Shown: positions 1 to 9,083 of the stretch, in pieces
Layout of the letters: every line of letters starts with the position of its first letter
Position numbering within the stretch: position 1 is the first letter of the stretch
Virus record (IMG/VR): IMGVR_UViG_3300027708_000016
Origin: a virus
Lineage: Duplodnaviria > Caudoviricetes
Length of the DNA stretch: 64,000 bases
Reading direction: 5' to 3' (one strand)
The notes under the pieces: generated by a model
The model's database searches: none
What the model was told of the DNA's origin: nothing
The model's input: the letters and a program-made list of their open reading frames with translations, nothing else
Program-made: the position numbers and the translations under genes

Positions 1-450
1 TGTGCTTAAAGAACCAACGTTACTATAAACAGAAAGGTTGTTTGCTGACTGTGTTCCAAAAGTTGAATAAACCGAATTCCAGTTTGTGCTTAAACTATTA
101 ACCTGACTATAGACAGATTTATCATTTGCACTCAATCCGTTAATTGTAGTGTAACCAGAAACGTTATTTGCCGATTGATTACCAAAGTTTGAATAAACAG
201 AATTCCAGTTTGTACTTAAAGAACCAACGTTACTGTAAACAGAAAGGTTATTTGCTGATTGAGTTCCAATTGTAGTGTAACCAGAAAGGTTGTTTGCTGA
301 TTGAGTTCCAAAAGTGCTGTAAACAGAATTCCAGTTTGTGCTTAAATTATTAACCTGACTATAGACAGAAAGATTATTTGCTGATTGATTATAAAAAGCT
401 GAACTTAATCCATTAACATTACTATAAACAGAATTCCAATTTGCACTAGT
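1..450 (-). repeat. Shuffled 21/42-bp coding repeats (heptad blocks NWNSVYS, TFGTQSA, NNLSVYS, NVGSLST)
   Basis: Recurring strings such as acagaattccagtttgtgcttaaa and ttgtttgctgattgagttcc in positions 1-450. Confidence 0.85.
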
Positions 451-903
451 TTTAATTACTAATGTATCAACATTATTGATATTTGATGAATTATTTACAA
501 CAAATGTTGTAACTTGGTTTTGATAGCCTTGAATGCTACTACTTGAATTTACGAAAGTATAAGCAGCTTGCCATAAAGAACTTAAAAGATTAACATCACT
601 GTAAACGGAAACGTTATTTGCCGATTGAGAAACAAAAGTAATATAAATAGAAGATTGTGAAAAATATGAACTATAAACACTGTTCCAATTTGGATAATTA
701 GAAACAACACCAGATATTTGATTAAAAACTGTCTGTGTTGCTAGAGAAACTGGTTTATTTAAGTCGCTAGTATTGTTTACTGCGCTTAATCCCATATCAT
801 TTTTTGTTAAAATTACGGTTCCAGAATAGCCATTTACCGTATTTACATTATTATCGTAAATTACTATTGTATCGTTGTCTACTGTTACATATGGGTCGCT
901 CAT
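1..903 (-). CDS. Repeat-rich virion fibre-like protein (runs off the window start; absent from the ORF track)
   Basis: Manual translation from ATG at 903 gives MSDPYVTVDNDTIVIYDNNVNTVNGYSGTVILTKNDMGLSAVNNTSDLNKPVSLATQT. This matches the phage structural motif 'VNGxTGxVxLTKxDVGLxNVxNTSDxNKPVS'. It is followed by NWNSVYS/QSANNLSVYS repeats, and the frame stays open to position 1. Confidence 0.8.
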   Translation of the reverse strand, partial: MSDPYVTVDNDTIVIYDNNVNTVNGYSGTVILTKNDMGLSAVNNTSDLNKPVSLATQTVFNQISGVVSNYPNWNSVYSSYFSQSSIYITFVSQSANNVSVYSDVNLLSSLWQAAYTFVNSSSSIQGYQNQVTTFVVNNSSNINNVDTLVIKTSANWNSVYSNVNGLSSAFYNQSANNLSVYSQVNNLSTNWNSVYSTFGTQSANNLSGYTTIGTQSANNLSVYSNVGSLSTNWNSVYSNFGNQSANNVSGYTTINGLSANDKSVYSQVNSLSTNWNSVYSTFGTQSANNLSVYSNVGSLST

Positions 904-1241
904 GATTTTGTTATAGTTGGGTTAATTTTCCAAGTTCCTGACCAAAATGTTTTAATTTCACCAGTTTGTAGTGTTACCTTTAAATCCCATACATAATTAC
1001 CTATGGGAGCGTTAATTACCTGCGGTGGAAAATAAAAAAACCCTTGTGTTGGGTTAGATATGATTATACCACCATTAGTAGAAGAGAAAGTTATTACTGC
1101 TGGAGCATCATATTGAGTTCTAACCTGCATTTCAATGTATGCATTAGTTAAGTCTAGTGATGAAGCATTTCTATAGATGGTCAAACTTGGTATTCCTTTC
1201 CAAGTTTCTTTTGTTCTCTGATCGGGTATGGCGTAACTCAT
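900..1241 (-). CDS. Small beta-rich virion protein (BppU-N/Ig-like adaptor type)
   Basis: DLTNAYIEMQVR...GNYVWDLKVTLQTGEIKTFWSGTWKINP pattern; late TAAATA box at 1249-1254. Confidence 0.55.
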   Translation of the reverse strand: MSYAIPDQRTKETWKGIPSLTIYRNASSLDLTNAYIEMQVRTQYDAPAVITFSSTNGGIIISNPTQGFFYFPPQVINAPIGNYVWDLKVTLQTGEIKTFWSGTWKINPTITKS

Positions 1242-1291
1242 TACCCTATATTTATCTTAAAAAAATATCAATTCGGGATTAATATTTATTA

Positions 1292-1837
1292 TCAAGAATA
1301 AGTTTGTTCTTGAAAGATAATATTGTTATTAATTTGGAAATCTTGTAATATTTTTTCTCCTTGTGAAAGATTATCAGGAGAATGTACAAAAATACCTAAA
1401 ATACACTGTTTTTGTATATTAACCGCATCTTTATATGTGCTTAAAAATGGAACATAACTATCTCTTGAAAGAACACCATATCCAGCTTCGTTTTCTACTA
1501 ATACATCAACAAACCCAGATGCATTAAAAATTTCAGGTGCATGAAGTACAATATAATTGTTATTTTCGATAGTGTAATTTGTTACTAATGAGGCATTAAA
1601 ACCTGGATTTAATGCGGATAAATGATTTGCTGAAAACGGATTAAAATAACTAGTAGTATTTGGAAGTATATTTGGGTTTGATCCACTTAAATAAACATTT
1701 CTAACATTAATGAAATTAGCTCCCAGAACATTTATATAAAGATTTGTTTCTGTAGGAGATAATGCAGATTGTAATATAATTGTAGATGGATAGACATCAT
1801 ATAGCCTAGGTCTAGCGTTTATGATAAAATGATCCAT
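1292..1837 (-). CDS. Hypothetical structural protein (IPT/TIG-like beta sandwich)
   Basis: Intact 181-aa ORF co-oriented with the portal; GFVDVLVENEAGYG resembles the end of an IPT domain. Confidence 0.45.
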   Translation of the reverse strand: MDHFIINARPRLYDVYPSTIILQSALSPTETNLYINVLGANFINVRNVYLSGSNPNILPNTTSYFNPFSANHLSALNPGFNASLVTNYTIENNNYIVLHAPEIFNASGFVDVLVENEAGYGVLSRDSYVPFLSTYKDAVNIQKQCILGIFVHSPDNLSQGEKILQDFQINNNIIFQEQTYS

Positions 1838-1843
1838 ACACTA

Positions 1844-3706
1844 TTATGTTGCTGGTGTTTCTATTCCTGCTGCTGGTGTTTCTACCCCTGCTGCTGGTGT
1901 TTCTACCCCTGCTGCTGGTGTTTCTGCTCCTGTTGCTGGCGGTGTTCCGAAATCTGGTATTGCTGATGCGCCACCACCACCACCTATTGCTGGTGGTGCT
2001 CCTGCTTCTGCTCCGAGGCTTCCTGATGCCTCTTCTGCTGCTTCTAGGTGCTCTCTCCAGTTAGGACCTGTCTGACTGATTTGTGCAAGCTCCCAAGTAA
2101 GTGCTGCATCTTTTCTGAGCCATTCCATGTTTTCAGATATTTTGGAATCATTGAGACCAAGATAATGTCTTTGACAGAATGTTTTAGACATTGATTCGTT
2201 CTGAGATAGATTATTAAAATTGTTATATTTCAACTCAAACTCTTGATTTTTTCTCATCGCAAAATAATTGGATGGAGGATTGAAGTGGGTATCAAAATAC
2301 GACTCGTGTAATTTATATTCATTCCACCATCCACGAAGTTTAAGGTGAGTTATGAATGAATCTTTAAATGCCTTTGTAAATTGACCTTGGACACGAACAA
2401 TAAATTTTGCAAAACGCAATTCTTCTCTTAAAATTTCTGCGCCATCTTTATATCCTTCGTCGGGATTCATACGAGTTAATGGTACTTTAAGACTCTTATA
2501 AAGTTTGTTTACAAAGTATGTTAAATCTTCTATCTTTCCTAGGTTTGCTCCACCATTTAATAACTCCACATCACTGCCACTTTCTCCTGCTCTTTTGGCA
2601 AACCAGAAAGAATCCAACATGGACTGTGGATCATAAACATTACCTGCGCCCTTGCCACTCTGGGAGTCATAGGTCTTCTTTGACCAATACGATTGCATAA
2701 GTTGTCTAAGATAAGCTTCTGCTTTTGCTGGTGGCATATTACCAACATCAATTTTAAATTTTAAACGTTCTGGTGCACGAACCATACGATAGATAACAAC
2801 TGCATCTTCAAGGAGTGATACCTGTTTATAAGCACGACGAGCATTTTCTATAAAGGGAATCTTTATGGTCATGTCCTCGTTCCACATTCCAGAATTAACA
2901 TAAGTAATTTGGTTTCCTTGGAATGTTACCAATTGCTGCTGCATTGCATTTGCAGGTGAATTATTCATCTGCTGTGGTTGAGTTGGGTTGTTGCTACCAG
3001 CTTGATTTTGCTGTAAATTAATTGGTTTTGAGAAAATGAAATTTTCAATTACATTATTCTGAACGCTATCATAAACTGGATTGATTAGTTCACCAGGTAT
3101 GTTTAACACACCGATAATACCCAAATCTCTTTTCTTTTCATGGACTACGTTTTCAAAGAAAATTTCTCCTTCAACTAATAATTGTCTGCAATACCCCCAA
3201 CCTTTATGCTCAAGATCAAACACCTGAATGAACTTGTAAAACTCTCTTTCAATTTCACTTCTTTGAGAAGAATCCAACTTTCCAAAAGAAGAAAATGAAA
3301 TTCTTATAAATTTATCTTCATCGTCTTTGTTTAAAAAATCATCACAAATTTCATCTAAGCAATCACCGATTTCTGCATACGATGCCATTCTACGGTATTC
3401 TGCAATTCTTCTTATCTTATCGGTATCTACACTGGCATAAATGTATTTGTGGTAAGCGTGATCCGAACCAAATGAGCCTGGTGTATAATTGTCGTTTTGA
3501 CGAAGATGCGGTCCCGTAATAACAGACTGCTGCATGACTTTATATTCATGTCTCTTTGATAATCTATCGAATAATTCATATCTAGGATTGCCTTCGTCTG
3601 CATCTACTGCGTCCTGTATATATGGTAATCTTGATAAGATAGATTGGATAAAGTTTCTCTGTCCATTATCTGGCTGTCTTTGTGCTGTTGGTAAAATATC
3701 AGGCAT
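1844..3706 (-). CDS. gp20: Portal vertex protein, T4 gp20-like
   Basis: Motifs LEDAVVIYRMVRAPERLKFKIDVGNMPPAKAEAYL, SMLDSFWFAKR and LYKSLKVPLTRM, EILREELRFAKF. Confidence 0.96.
   Translation of the reverse strand: MPDILPTAQRQPDNGQRNFIQSILSRLPYIQDAVDADEGNPRYELFDRLSKRHEYKVMQQSVITGPHLRQNDNYTPGSFGSDHAYHKYIYASVDTDKIRRIAEYRRMASYAEIGDCLDEICDDFLNKDDEDKFIRISFSSFGKLDSSQRSEIEREFYKFIQVFDLEHKGWGYCRQLLVEGEIFFENVVHEKKRDLGIIGVLNIPGELINPVYDSVQNNVIENFIFSKPINLQQNQAGSNNPTQPQQMNNSPANAMQQQLVTFQGNQITYVNSGMWNEDMTIKIPFIENARRAYKQVSLLEDAVVIYRMVRAPERLKFKIDVGNMPPAKAEAYLRQLMQSYWSKKTYDSQSGKGAGNVYDPQSMLDSFWFAKRAGESGSDVELLNGGANLGKIEDLTYFVNKLYKSLKVPLTRMNPDEGYKDGAEILREELRFAKFIVRVQGQFTKAFKDSFITHLKLRGWWNEYKLHESYFDTHFNPPSNYFAMRKNQEFELKYNNFNNLSQNESMSKTFCQRHYLGLNDSKISENMEWLRKDAALTWELAQISQTGPNWREHLEAAEEASGSLGAEAGAPPAIGGGGGASAIPDFGTPPATGAETPAAGVETPAAGVETPAAGIETPAT
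1851..1934. repeat. 4 x 21-bp tandem repeat encoding ETPAAG(V/I) at the portal C-terminus
   Basis: Unit gctggtgtttctacccctgct with small variants. Confidence 0.9.
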
Positions 3707-3712
3707 TTTTAA

Positions 3713-3718
3713 TATTTA
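3713..3718 (-). promoter_or_regulatory. Late promoter TAAATA of portal
   Basis: TAAATA box ends 6 nt before the ATG at 3706; the same box recurs upstream of many late genes. Confidence 0.65.
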
Positions 3719-3744
3719 GTCTTAAAAAGTATTTATCAAGCATA

Positions 3745-3772
3745 TTGACTTAAAAACAACTTATGATAAATT
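3745..3772 (+). promoter_or_regulatory. Sigma70-like promoter TTGACT-N16-TAAATT
   Basis: -10 box ends 6 nt before the ATG at 3779. Confidence 0.65.
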
Positions 3773-3778
3773 CTATAT

Positions 3779-4714
3779 ATGGACAAATACGTAATTTTTC
3801 ACATTGATGGTGGTTGTGGTAAAAATATTGTTGCTACTGCTGTAGTAAAATCAATTAAAGCTGCTTATCCAGATCATAAACTTATAGTTGTAACAGCATG
3901 GCCCGATGTATTTGCACATAATCCAAATATTCATAGAGTTTATAGGTTTGGAAATATTCCTTATTTTTATGAGGATTATATAGATAATAAAGAGTCTGTT
4001 ATTTTAAGATCAGAACCATATCATTCTGGTGACTTACTATATAAAAGAAAATCATTAACTGAAATTTGGTGTGACGTATTTAATATTCCATGTATTGATA
4101 AAAAACCAGAAATTTTCTTAGCCGAAAGAGAATTATTATTTGCAGAAAATCAATTACAAAAGCAAGGACCTATCTTATTGATACAATCATCTGGTGGTGC
4201 AGAGCAACAAGGTCATCCTTATTCTTGGTCAAGAGATTTACCACCCGTTTTTGCTCAAGAAATAGTTAATTCTGTAAAAGATAAATTTAATAAAATTCTC
4301 CATGTACGAAGAGATAATCAGCCCGAATTACAAAATACAATAAAACTTACTGACGGTTTTAGAAATTTATTTTGCTACATTGCTCATTCTGATAAAATAT
4401 TGGGAATTGATTCTTTTGTTCAACATGCTGCTGCTGCATTTAATAAAAAAGCAACAGTTGGATGGATTTCAAATTCCCCCGTTGTGTTTGGTCATGAAAT
4501 ACACGATAACATCTTAGCATCTGGCGCAAAATCATTTAGACATCGAATAGATTCATACTTAGAAGAAGAAGATTGGACGGGTGGAAAATTTCATGAATGT
4601 CCATATGACAATATCAATAATCTTTTTGATAAGGATCAGTTTATTGAATCTCTTTTGGGATCAAAAAATGATTTAGTTTTTGACTTTGCCGATCAACCAA
4701 AAATTGTATTTTAA
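3779..4714 (+). CDS. Glycosyltransferase, GT9 (heptosyltransferase-like)
   Basis: N-terminal GGCGKNIVATAVVKSIKAAYPDHKLIVVT and C-terminal GIDSFVQHAAAAFNKKATVGW match the GT9 pattern. Confidence 0.75.
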   Translation: MDKYVIFHIDGGCGKNIVATAVVKSIKAAYPDHKLIVVTAWPDVFAHNPNIHRVYRFGNIPYFYEDYIDNKESVILRSEPYHSGDLLYKRKSLTEIWCDVFNIPCIDKKPEIFLAERELLFAENQLQKQGPILLIQSSGGAEQQGHPYSWSRDLPPVFAQEIVNSVKDKFNKILHVRRDNQPELQNTIKLTDGFRNLFCYIAHSDKILGIDSFVQHAAAAFNKKATVGWISNSPVVFGHEIHDNILASGAKSFRHRIDSYLEEEDWTGGKFHECPYDNINNLFDKDQFIESLLGSKNDLVFDFADQPKIVF

Positions 4715-5337
4715 TTGATATTTGATTCATATTGTTTATCTTGAATAATAGAATTAAATGGGAATAGTGGCTTTACGATATATCTTCCTTCTAAATTATA
4801 ATTGTAACTCATATGCTGCATGATTTTTGCATAGAAATTATCTATTTCCATTCCTGATGCTTCCGCCATATAAATAATGTCATCAAAAACCTTTTTGGAA
4901 ATTGCATACGAATGTGTTGTTACTATTTGATTTCTGAACATTGATTCGATCAACCCACCAAAATACAAAAAATCCCAATCCTTGTTTAAGGTTTCCTGAT
5001 TATTTAGAAGAACTTCATTAGGATCGTTTAAGAATTTTATATCATCTTCAAATATAAGAATCTTCTTGTATGAATTTGTTTTTGCATCATTTACAATATT
5101 TAAATGAGATGATCTACAACCTAATGCACCAAGAACATACTTTGTGTCTTGCTTGTTAAAATTTCTAAACAAACTAAAACTTGGTGGTAATTGATTATAA
5201 GATGTTGCTGATATCCTTTGAAAATTTTTTATATTAAAGGTTTTAAATTGATTTAAAATATTTTCGTTGCGTTGTTTATCATTATCTAAATTAATGTAAT
5301 AAATTTTATCGAAATATGTATCTATTAAAGATTTCAT
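4711..5337 (-). CDS. Glycosyltransferase, GT25
   Basis: KIYYINLDNDKQR, GALGCRSSH, ILIFEDD. Confidence 0.8.
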   Translation of the reverse strand: MKSLIDTYFDKIYYINLDNDKQRNENILNQFKTFNIKNFQRISATSYNQLPPSFSLFRNFNKQDTKYVLGALGCRSSHLNIVNDAKTNSYKKILIFEDDIKFLNDPNEVLLNNQETLNKDWDFLYFGGLIESMFRNQIVTTHSYAISKKVFDDIIYMAEASGMEIDNFYAKIMQHMSYNYNLEGRYIVKPLFPFNSIIQDKQYESNIN

Positions 5338-5343
5338 ACTTTT

Positions 5344-5406
5344 ATCATAACGTATTATGGATACATGTCAAATAGAACTTGATTTACTTGGTTTACATGT
5401 TAAATT
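5344..5406. promoter_or_regulatory. Divergent sigma70-like promoter pair
   Basis: Minus: TTGACA(5371-5366)-N16-TATGAT, 6 nt to ATG 5337. Plus: TTGATT(5379)-N16-TAAATT, 7 nt to ATG 5414. Confidence 0.65.
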
Positions 5407-5413
5407 TATAATA

Positions 5414-6238
5414 ATGAAAAACATATTTTTTAATTCTTCCATGCCTCGTAGCATGAGTACATTGTTTCAATGTATATTGAATCAAAATCCAGAGATAAAT
5501 GCAACCCAAACCGATCCAGTTTTAGAGTATCTATACGGCGCAAGAATGAATTATACTTCAACGCTTGAAGTTAAAGCAATGAATGATGATTTAGCAAAAA
5601 AGACATGGAGAGGTTTTTGTTGGGGTGGATTAGAAGGATATGCTAATTCTTATACAGACAAACCAAATATTTGTATCAAGACTCGTGGAGGAACAATTCA
5701 TTATCGTTGGTTTGAATCCTTTATGCCATACAAACCCAAAATGATTTGTATGGTAAGAAATTTAAAAAGTATTTTTTCTTCTATGGAAAAAATCTACAGA
5801 AATAGTCAAGAATATCATCAGGCTATACAGAATCATTCGGAAATGAAAGGAACTTCTACTGCCAAGAGAATTGATGCTTGGATTGCTTCGCCACCTGTTG
5901 GATTAGCATTGGAGAGACTTCAACAAACTTTCTTAGAGGGAATCAACAAAGAAGTTTTATATATTAGAGCAGAAGACTTAACCAGTTATCCTGATAGAGA
6001 GATGGATAAAGTTTATCAGTATCTTAATTTAGAAACTTTTAAACACGACTTCGATAATGTTGAACAGACTATTAAGGAAGATGATTCAGTTTATGGTTTA
6101 ACTTCTGATCTTCATACTATTAAACGTAAAGTTCAACCTTTATCTGCTGATTATAATAATATTTTAGGAAAGCAAGTTTGTGATTGGATTGATAACAATT
6201 TTGCTTGGTATCAGCAAGGATTTGGCTATACTAAATAA
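5414..6238 (+). CDS. Sulfotransferase family protein
   Basis: PAPS-loop-like SMPRSMSTL, MVRNLKSIFSS and RAEDLTSYP. Start moved to MKNIFF at 5414 because of the promoter position. Confidence 0.75.
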   Translation: MKNIFFNSSMPRSMSTLFQCILNQNPEINATQTDPVLEYLYGARMNYTSTLEVKAMNDDLAKKTWRGFCWGGLEGYANSYTDKPNICIKTRGGTIHYRWFESFMPYKPKMICMVRNLKSIFSSMEKIYRNSQEYHQAIQNHSEMKGTSTAKRIDAWIASPPVGLALERLQQTFLEGINKEVLYIRAEDLTSYPDREMDKVYQYLNLETFKHDFDNVEQTIKEDDSVYGLTSDLHTIKRKVQPLSADYNNILGKQVCDWIDNNFAWYQQGFGYTK

Positions 6239-6242
6239 TTAT

Positions 6243-7238
6243 ATGTACAATGTAACAGACATAAGGGACATACACATTGAATTAACTAGTAAATGTAATG
6301 CTAGATGTCCAATGTGTTCTCGCACACGTTTAATTCAGTCTGGTAAAGAAGATTTATTACGAGATGAAATAACATTAGAATTATTTAAAAAATGGTTTTC
6401 TGTGGATTTTGTTAAGCAATTAACAGGATTAAGAATGTGTGGTAATTTAGGAGATGCTGTTATGGCAAAGGATACAGTTGAAGTTTTTCAATATTTGAGA
6501 GAAAACAATTCGAATATGAATCTTAAATTGTTTACAAACGGAGGAGCAAGAGATGATAATTGGTGGAAAAAACTTGCAGAAACTAACGTCGAAGTTATTT
6601 TTGCTATTGATGGTTTAGAAGATACAAACAAACTTTATAGAGTTAATACTGTTTGGGAAAAAATTATGCACAATGCAAAAGTTTTTATTGATGCTGGTGG
6701 AACTGCTTCTTGGTATATGCTTGTTTTTAAACACAACGAACATCAAGTAGATGAATGTAGAGCATTAGCTTATAGTATGGGTTTTAAAAAATTTGATCCA
6801 AAACATTCCAATCGTTTTGGATCTGGATCTGGTTTAGCTGTATATGATAGTGATGGTGTTTATACGCATACAATAGAGCCTACAACATATAGTTTAAATA
6901 TAAAGGATAAAGAAAAAAAGATTAATACTGGCAACAATATTGATTGTAAATCTTTAAGGAAAAAAAGTATATATGTAGCAGCAAGTGGAATTATAACTCC
7001 ATGTTGTTGGACTGAATTATCTAAAAAAGCAATGCATGATAAACGTAAAGAATATGAAAACAAAATTGGTTCTTATTACAGTTTACATGATTACACTTTA
7101 GAAGAAATTCTCAACAAAGATTCATTCAATAATATTGCAAAATTATGGACAAACGAACCTTTATCTATTTGCAGTAGTCAGTGTGGTAATTTTAAAAAAT
7201 GTGAATCACAATTTATTGAAAGAGTCTCAAACTCTTAA
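6243..7238 (+). CDS. Radical SAM protein with C-terminal SPASM/twitch-like domain
   Basis: CNARCPMC (CxxxCxxC), FAIDGLEDTNKLYR, C-terminal C...PCCW...CSSQC. Start probably 6243, with TAAATA at 6232-6237. Confidence 0.85.
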   Translation: MYNVTDIRDIHIELTSKCNARCPMCSRTRLIQSGKEDLLRDEITLELFKKWFSVDFVKQLTGLRMCGNLGDAVMAKDTVEVFQYLRENNSNMNLKLFTNGGARDDNWWKKLAETNVEVIFAIDGLEDTNKLYRVNTVWEKIMHNAKVFIDAGGTASWYMLVFKHNEHQVDECRALAYSMGFKKFDPKHSNRFGSGSGLAVYDSDGVYTHTIEPTTYSLNIKDKEKKINTGNNIDCKSLRKKSIYVAASGIITPCCWTELSKKAMHDKRKEYENKIGSYYSLHDYTLEEILNKDSFNNIAKLWTNEPLSICSSQCGNFKKCESQFIERVSNS

Positions 7239-7486
7239 TATATCCACTGAATACTATCTGCACTAAGAGTAAGCAATTCAGTAGCACGAGCAAGTATACT
7301 TTCATTTGTCCAAGCACTTGCTGCTGCATATTCTGTGGAACCATCCCAAACAACAAAAGAAAGAGGTACTTTTTTAATATGTGCAATAATTCTTTGCTTA
7401 GATGGTAAATCTCTTATTGATGTTAAAGCTAATTCGGATTCTTCTATAGTAATAGTATTACTGGGTAAATTGATTGTTAAACTCAT
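7235..7486 (-). CDS. Hypothetical late protein
   Basis: 83-aa ORF preceded by a perfect TATAAATA (7493-7500, minus strand). Confidence 0.65.
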   Translation of the reverse strand: MSLTINLPSNTITIEESELALTSIRDLPSKQRIIAHIKKVPLSFVVWDGSTEYAAASAWTNESILARATELLTLSADSIQWIY

Positions 7487-7517
7487 ATATACTATTTATA
7501 CAATTTTTGTTTAATTG

Positions 7518-8237
7518 TTAAATATTTTTTTCTTTAATTGTTGTTTGAAACCAAAAATCATCTTTCAAGGCAAGTTTTACTTCATTATAATTTAAAAGTT
7601 GTTCTTCTAAAGTATATATATTTTGTTTTAATATGGTGGGAGTTACGTTTTTATACCTTTCTTTAAATTCTGTTATAAATTCATATTCTTTTTGAATATT
7701 AAATTTATTTTCAATTAAATCTTCGTAGTATACTTGTAAAAAACTAATATTATTTTGTTCAAAATATGTACTATATTTTTTGTGTATTGCTTCCCGTTTA
7801 TCCGTTTCGTAATAATATTTTTCAACATCAAAATTAAATTTAATATTGGTACTATTCAGTAATTGTTTGTTTGTTTCTGTAATACAAAAATGCTTTGTTA
7901 TACGTGCTTTTTGTAGAGAGAGATTTTTTAAAAATTTATTTTTTCTTTCCAGAAAAATAACTTTTAGGTTTTTATCTTTTATATACTCCTCTATACTAAA
8001 ATTATATTTCTTTTCGAGAGCTAACGCTTGGGAAAAAGTTAGTTTGAATCCTGTAAATAACTTTTTAGTATGTAAGTTACTAATTATTTTTTGAGGAGTA
8101 TTATCTACTGTAATAATATCATTTAAATTTCTAATTAAAAAAATTTCAGGATGACACCAAACATTGTTTTGTTGGTTTAATAAATTTTTAATTAAATTAC
8201 TTCCACACCTTGTATCACTAAATATTATAAATTTCAT
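7518..8237 (-). CDS. Stf0-like sulfotransferase
   Basis: FIIFSDTRCGSNL, WCHPEIF, KVIFLERKNKF, QVYYEDL. Confidence 0.75.
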   Translation of the reverse strand: MKFIIFSDTRCGSNLIKNLLNQQNNVWCHPEIFLIRNLNDIITVDNTPQKIISNLHTKKLFTGFKLTFSQALALEKKYNFSIEEYIKDKNLKVIFLERKNKFLKNLSLQKARITKHFCITETNKQLLNSTNIKFNFDVEKYYYETDKREAIHKKYSTYFEQNNISFLQVYYEDLIENKFNIQKEYEFITEFKERYKNVTPTILKQNIYTLEEQLLNYNEVKLALKDDFWFQTTIKEKNI

Positions 8238-8240
8238 TTA

Positions 8241-9083
8241 TTATATATTTATTGCTTTTAAAAAAAATATATCTTCTTTTAATAAAGAATAGATTTCATC
8301 AAAATTTTCTATTTGTTCCTGTAAAGAAAAAATATTTATTTTTTTAAACAAAAGCCTATTATCAGGAATTTCTATAAAACTCAATTGTTTGTTGATAAAC
8401 GTAACTATATCTTTAATTTTTTTTGATTTCTGTTTATTAGAAAATTCTTCATATGAAACATTTAATACATTTATATTATTTTCTTTAAAAAGTTGATCAT
8501 ATTTTTTATATAAAAAATCATATAATTTTGATCTTTCTAAATATAGATTAACATCAAATATAATTTTTTGTTTGATTTGTTGTTCGTTTTGTCCTAATGT
8601 AACAATATTTGTTTGTTTTCTTCTTTGATATGAAAACTCTTGCAAAAATTTATTTTGTCTATTTAAATGAATTATTTTTATATTGTTTTCTTTAATGTAC
8701 TCAATTACATTAAAATTCTGCAAACTTTCAATTTGATTGTAAAAAATTTTACATCCTAAATATTTTTTTGTATTATATTTTTTAAGAATATCAATCAAAT
8801 GAATAGGATTTGTTAATCTATTTAAGTTTAATTTATTTTGTACTATTTCAGATGCAATTTTAAAATCCTCAATAGTAATTTTTTTTTGTTTGTACTGTTT
8901 ATTAAAAAAATTAATTTTACTAATATGAGGATTAACAGAAAACTTTTTACTATCTTCACTAGATAATTTTATACCTGTATCTAAAAATATCTCATAGTGA
9001 CATTTAATATCTGTTTGTTTATTCAGATAATCGCAAAGCATTGTTGAACCTGTTCTAGGTGTACCAATAATAATAAAATTCAT
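8241..9083 (-). CDS. Stf0-like sulfotransferase
   Basis: FIIIGTPRTGSTMLCDYL, CHYEIF, IIHLNRQNKF, VSYEEF; paralogous to the next gene. Start at 9083 overlaps the upstream stop (TGATG). Confidence 0.8.
   Translation of the reverse strand: MNFIIIGTPRTGSTMLCDYLNKQTDIKCHYEIFLDTGIKLSSEDSKKFSVNPHISKINFFNKQYKQKKITIEDFKIASEIVQNKLNLNRLTNPIHLIDILKKYNTKKYLGCKIFYNQIESLQNFNVIEYIKENNIKIIHLNRQNKFLQEFSYQRRKQTNIVTLGQNEQQIKQKIIFDVNLYLERSKLYDFLYKKYDQLFKENNINVLNVSYEEFSNKQKSKKIKDIVTFINKQLSFIEIPDNRLLFKKINIFSLQEQIENFDEIYSLLKEDIFFLKAINI

Noticed and set aside
1-450. CRISPR-like repeat array
   Set aside because: The repeats are in-frame coding blocks with no unique spacers and no cas genes.
1846-2064. Leu-rich plus-strand ORF
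   Set aside because: Antisense shadow of the portal C-terminal repeats.
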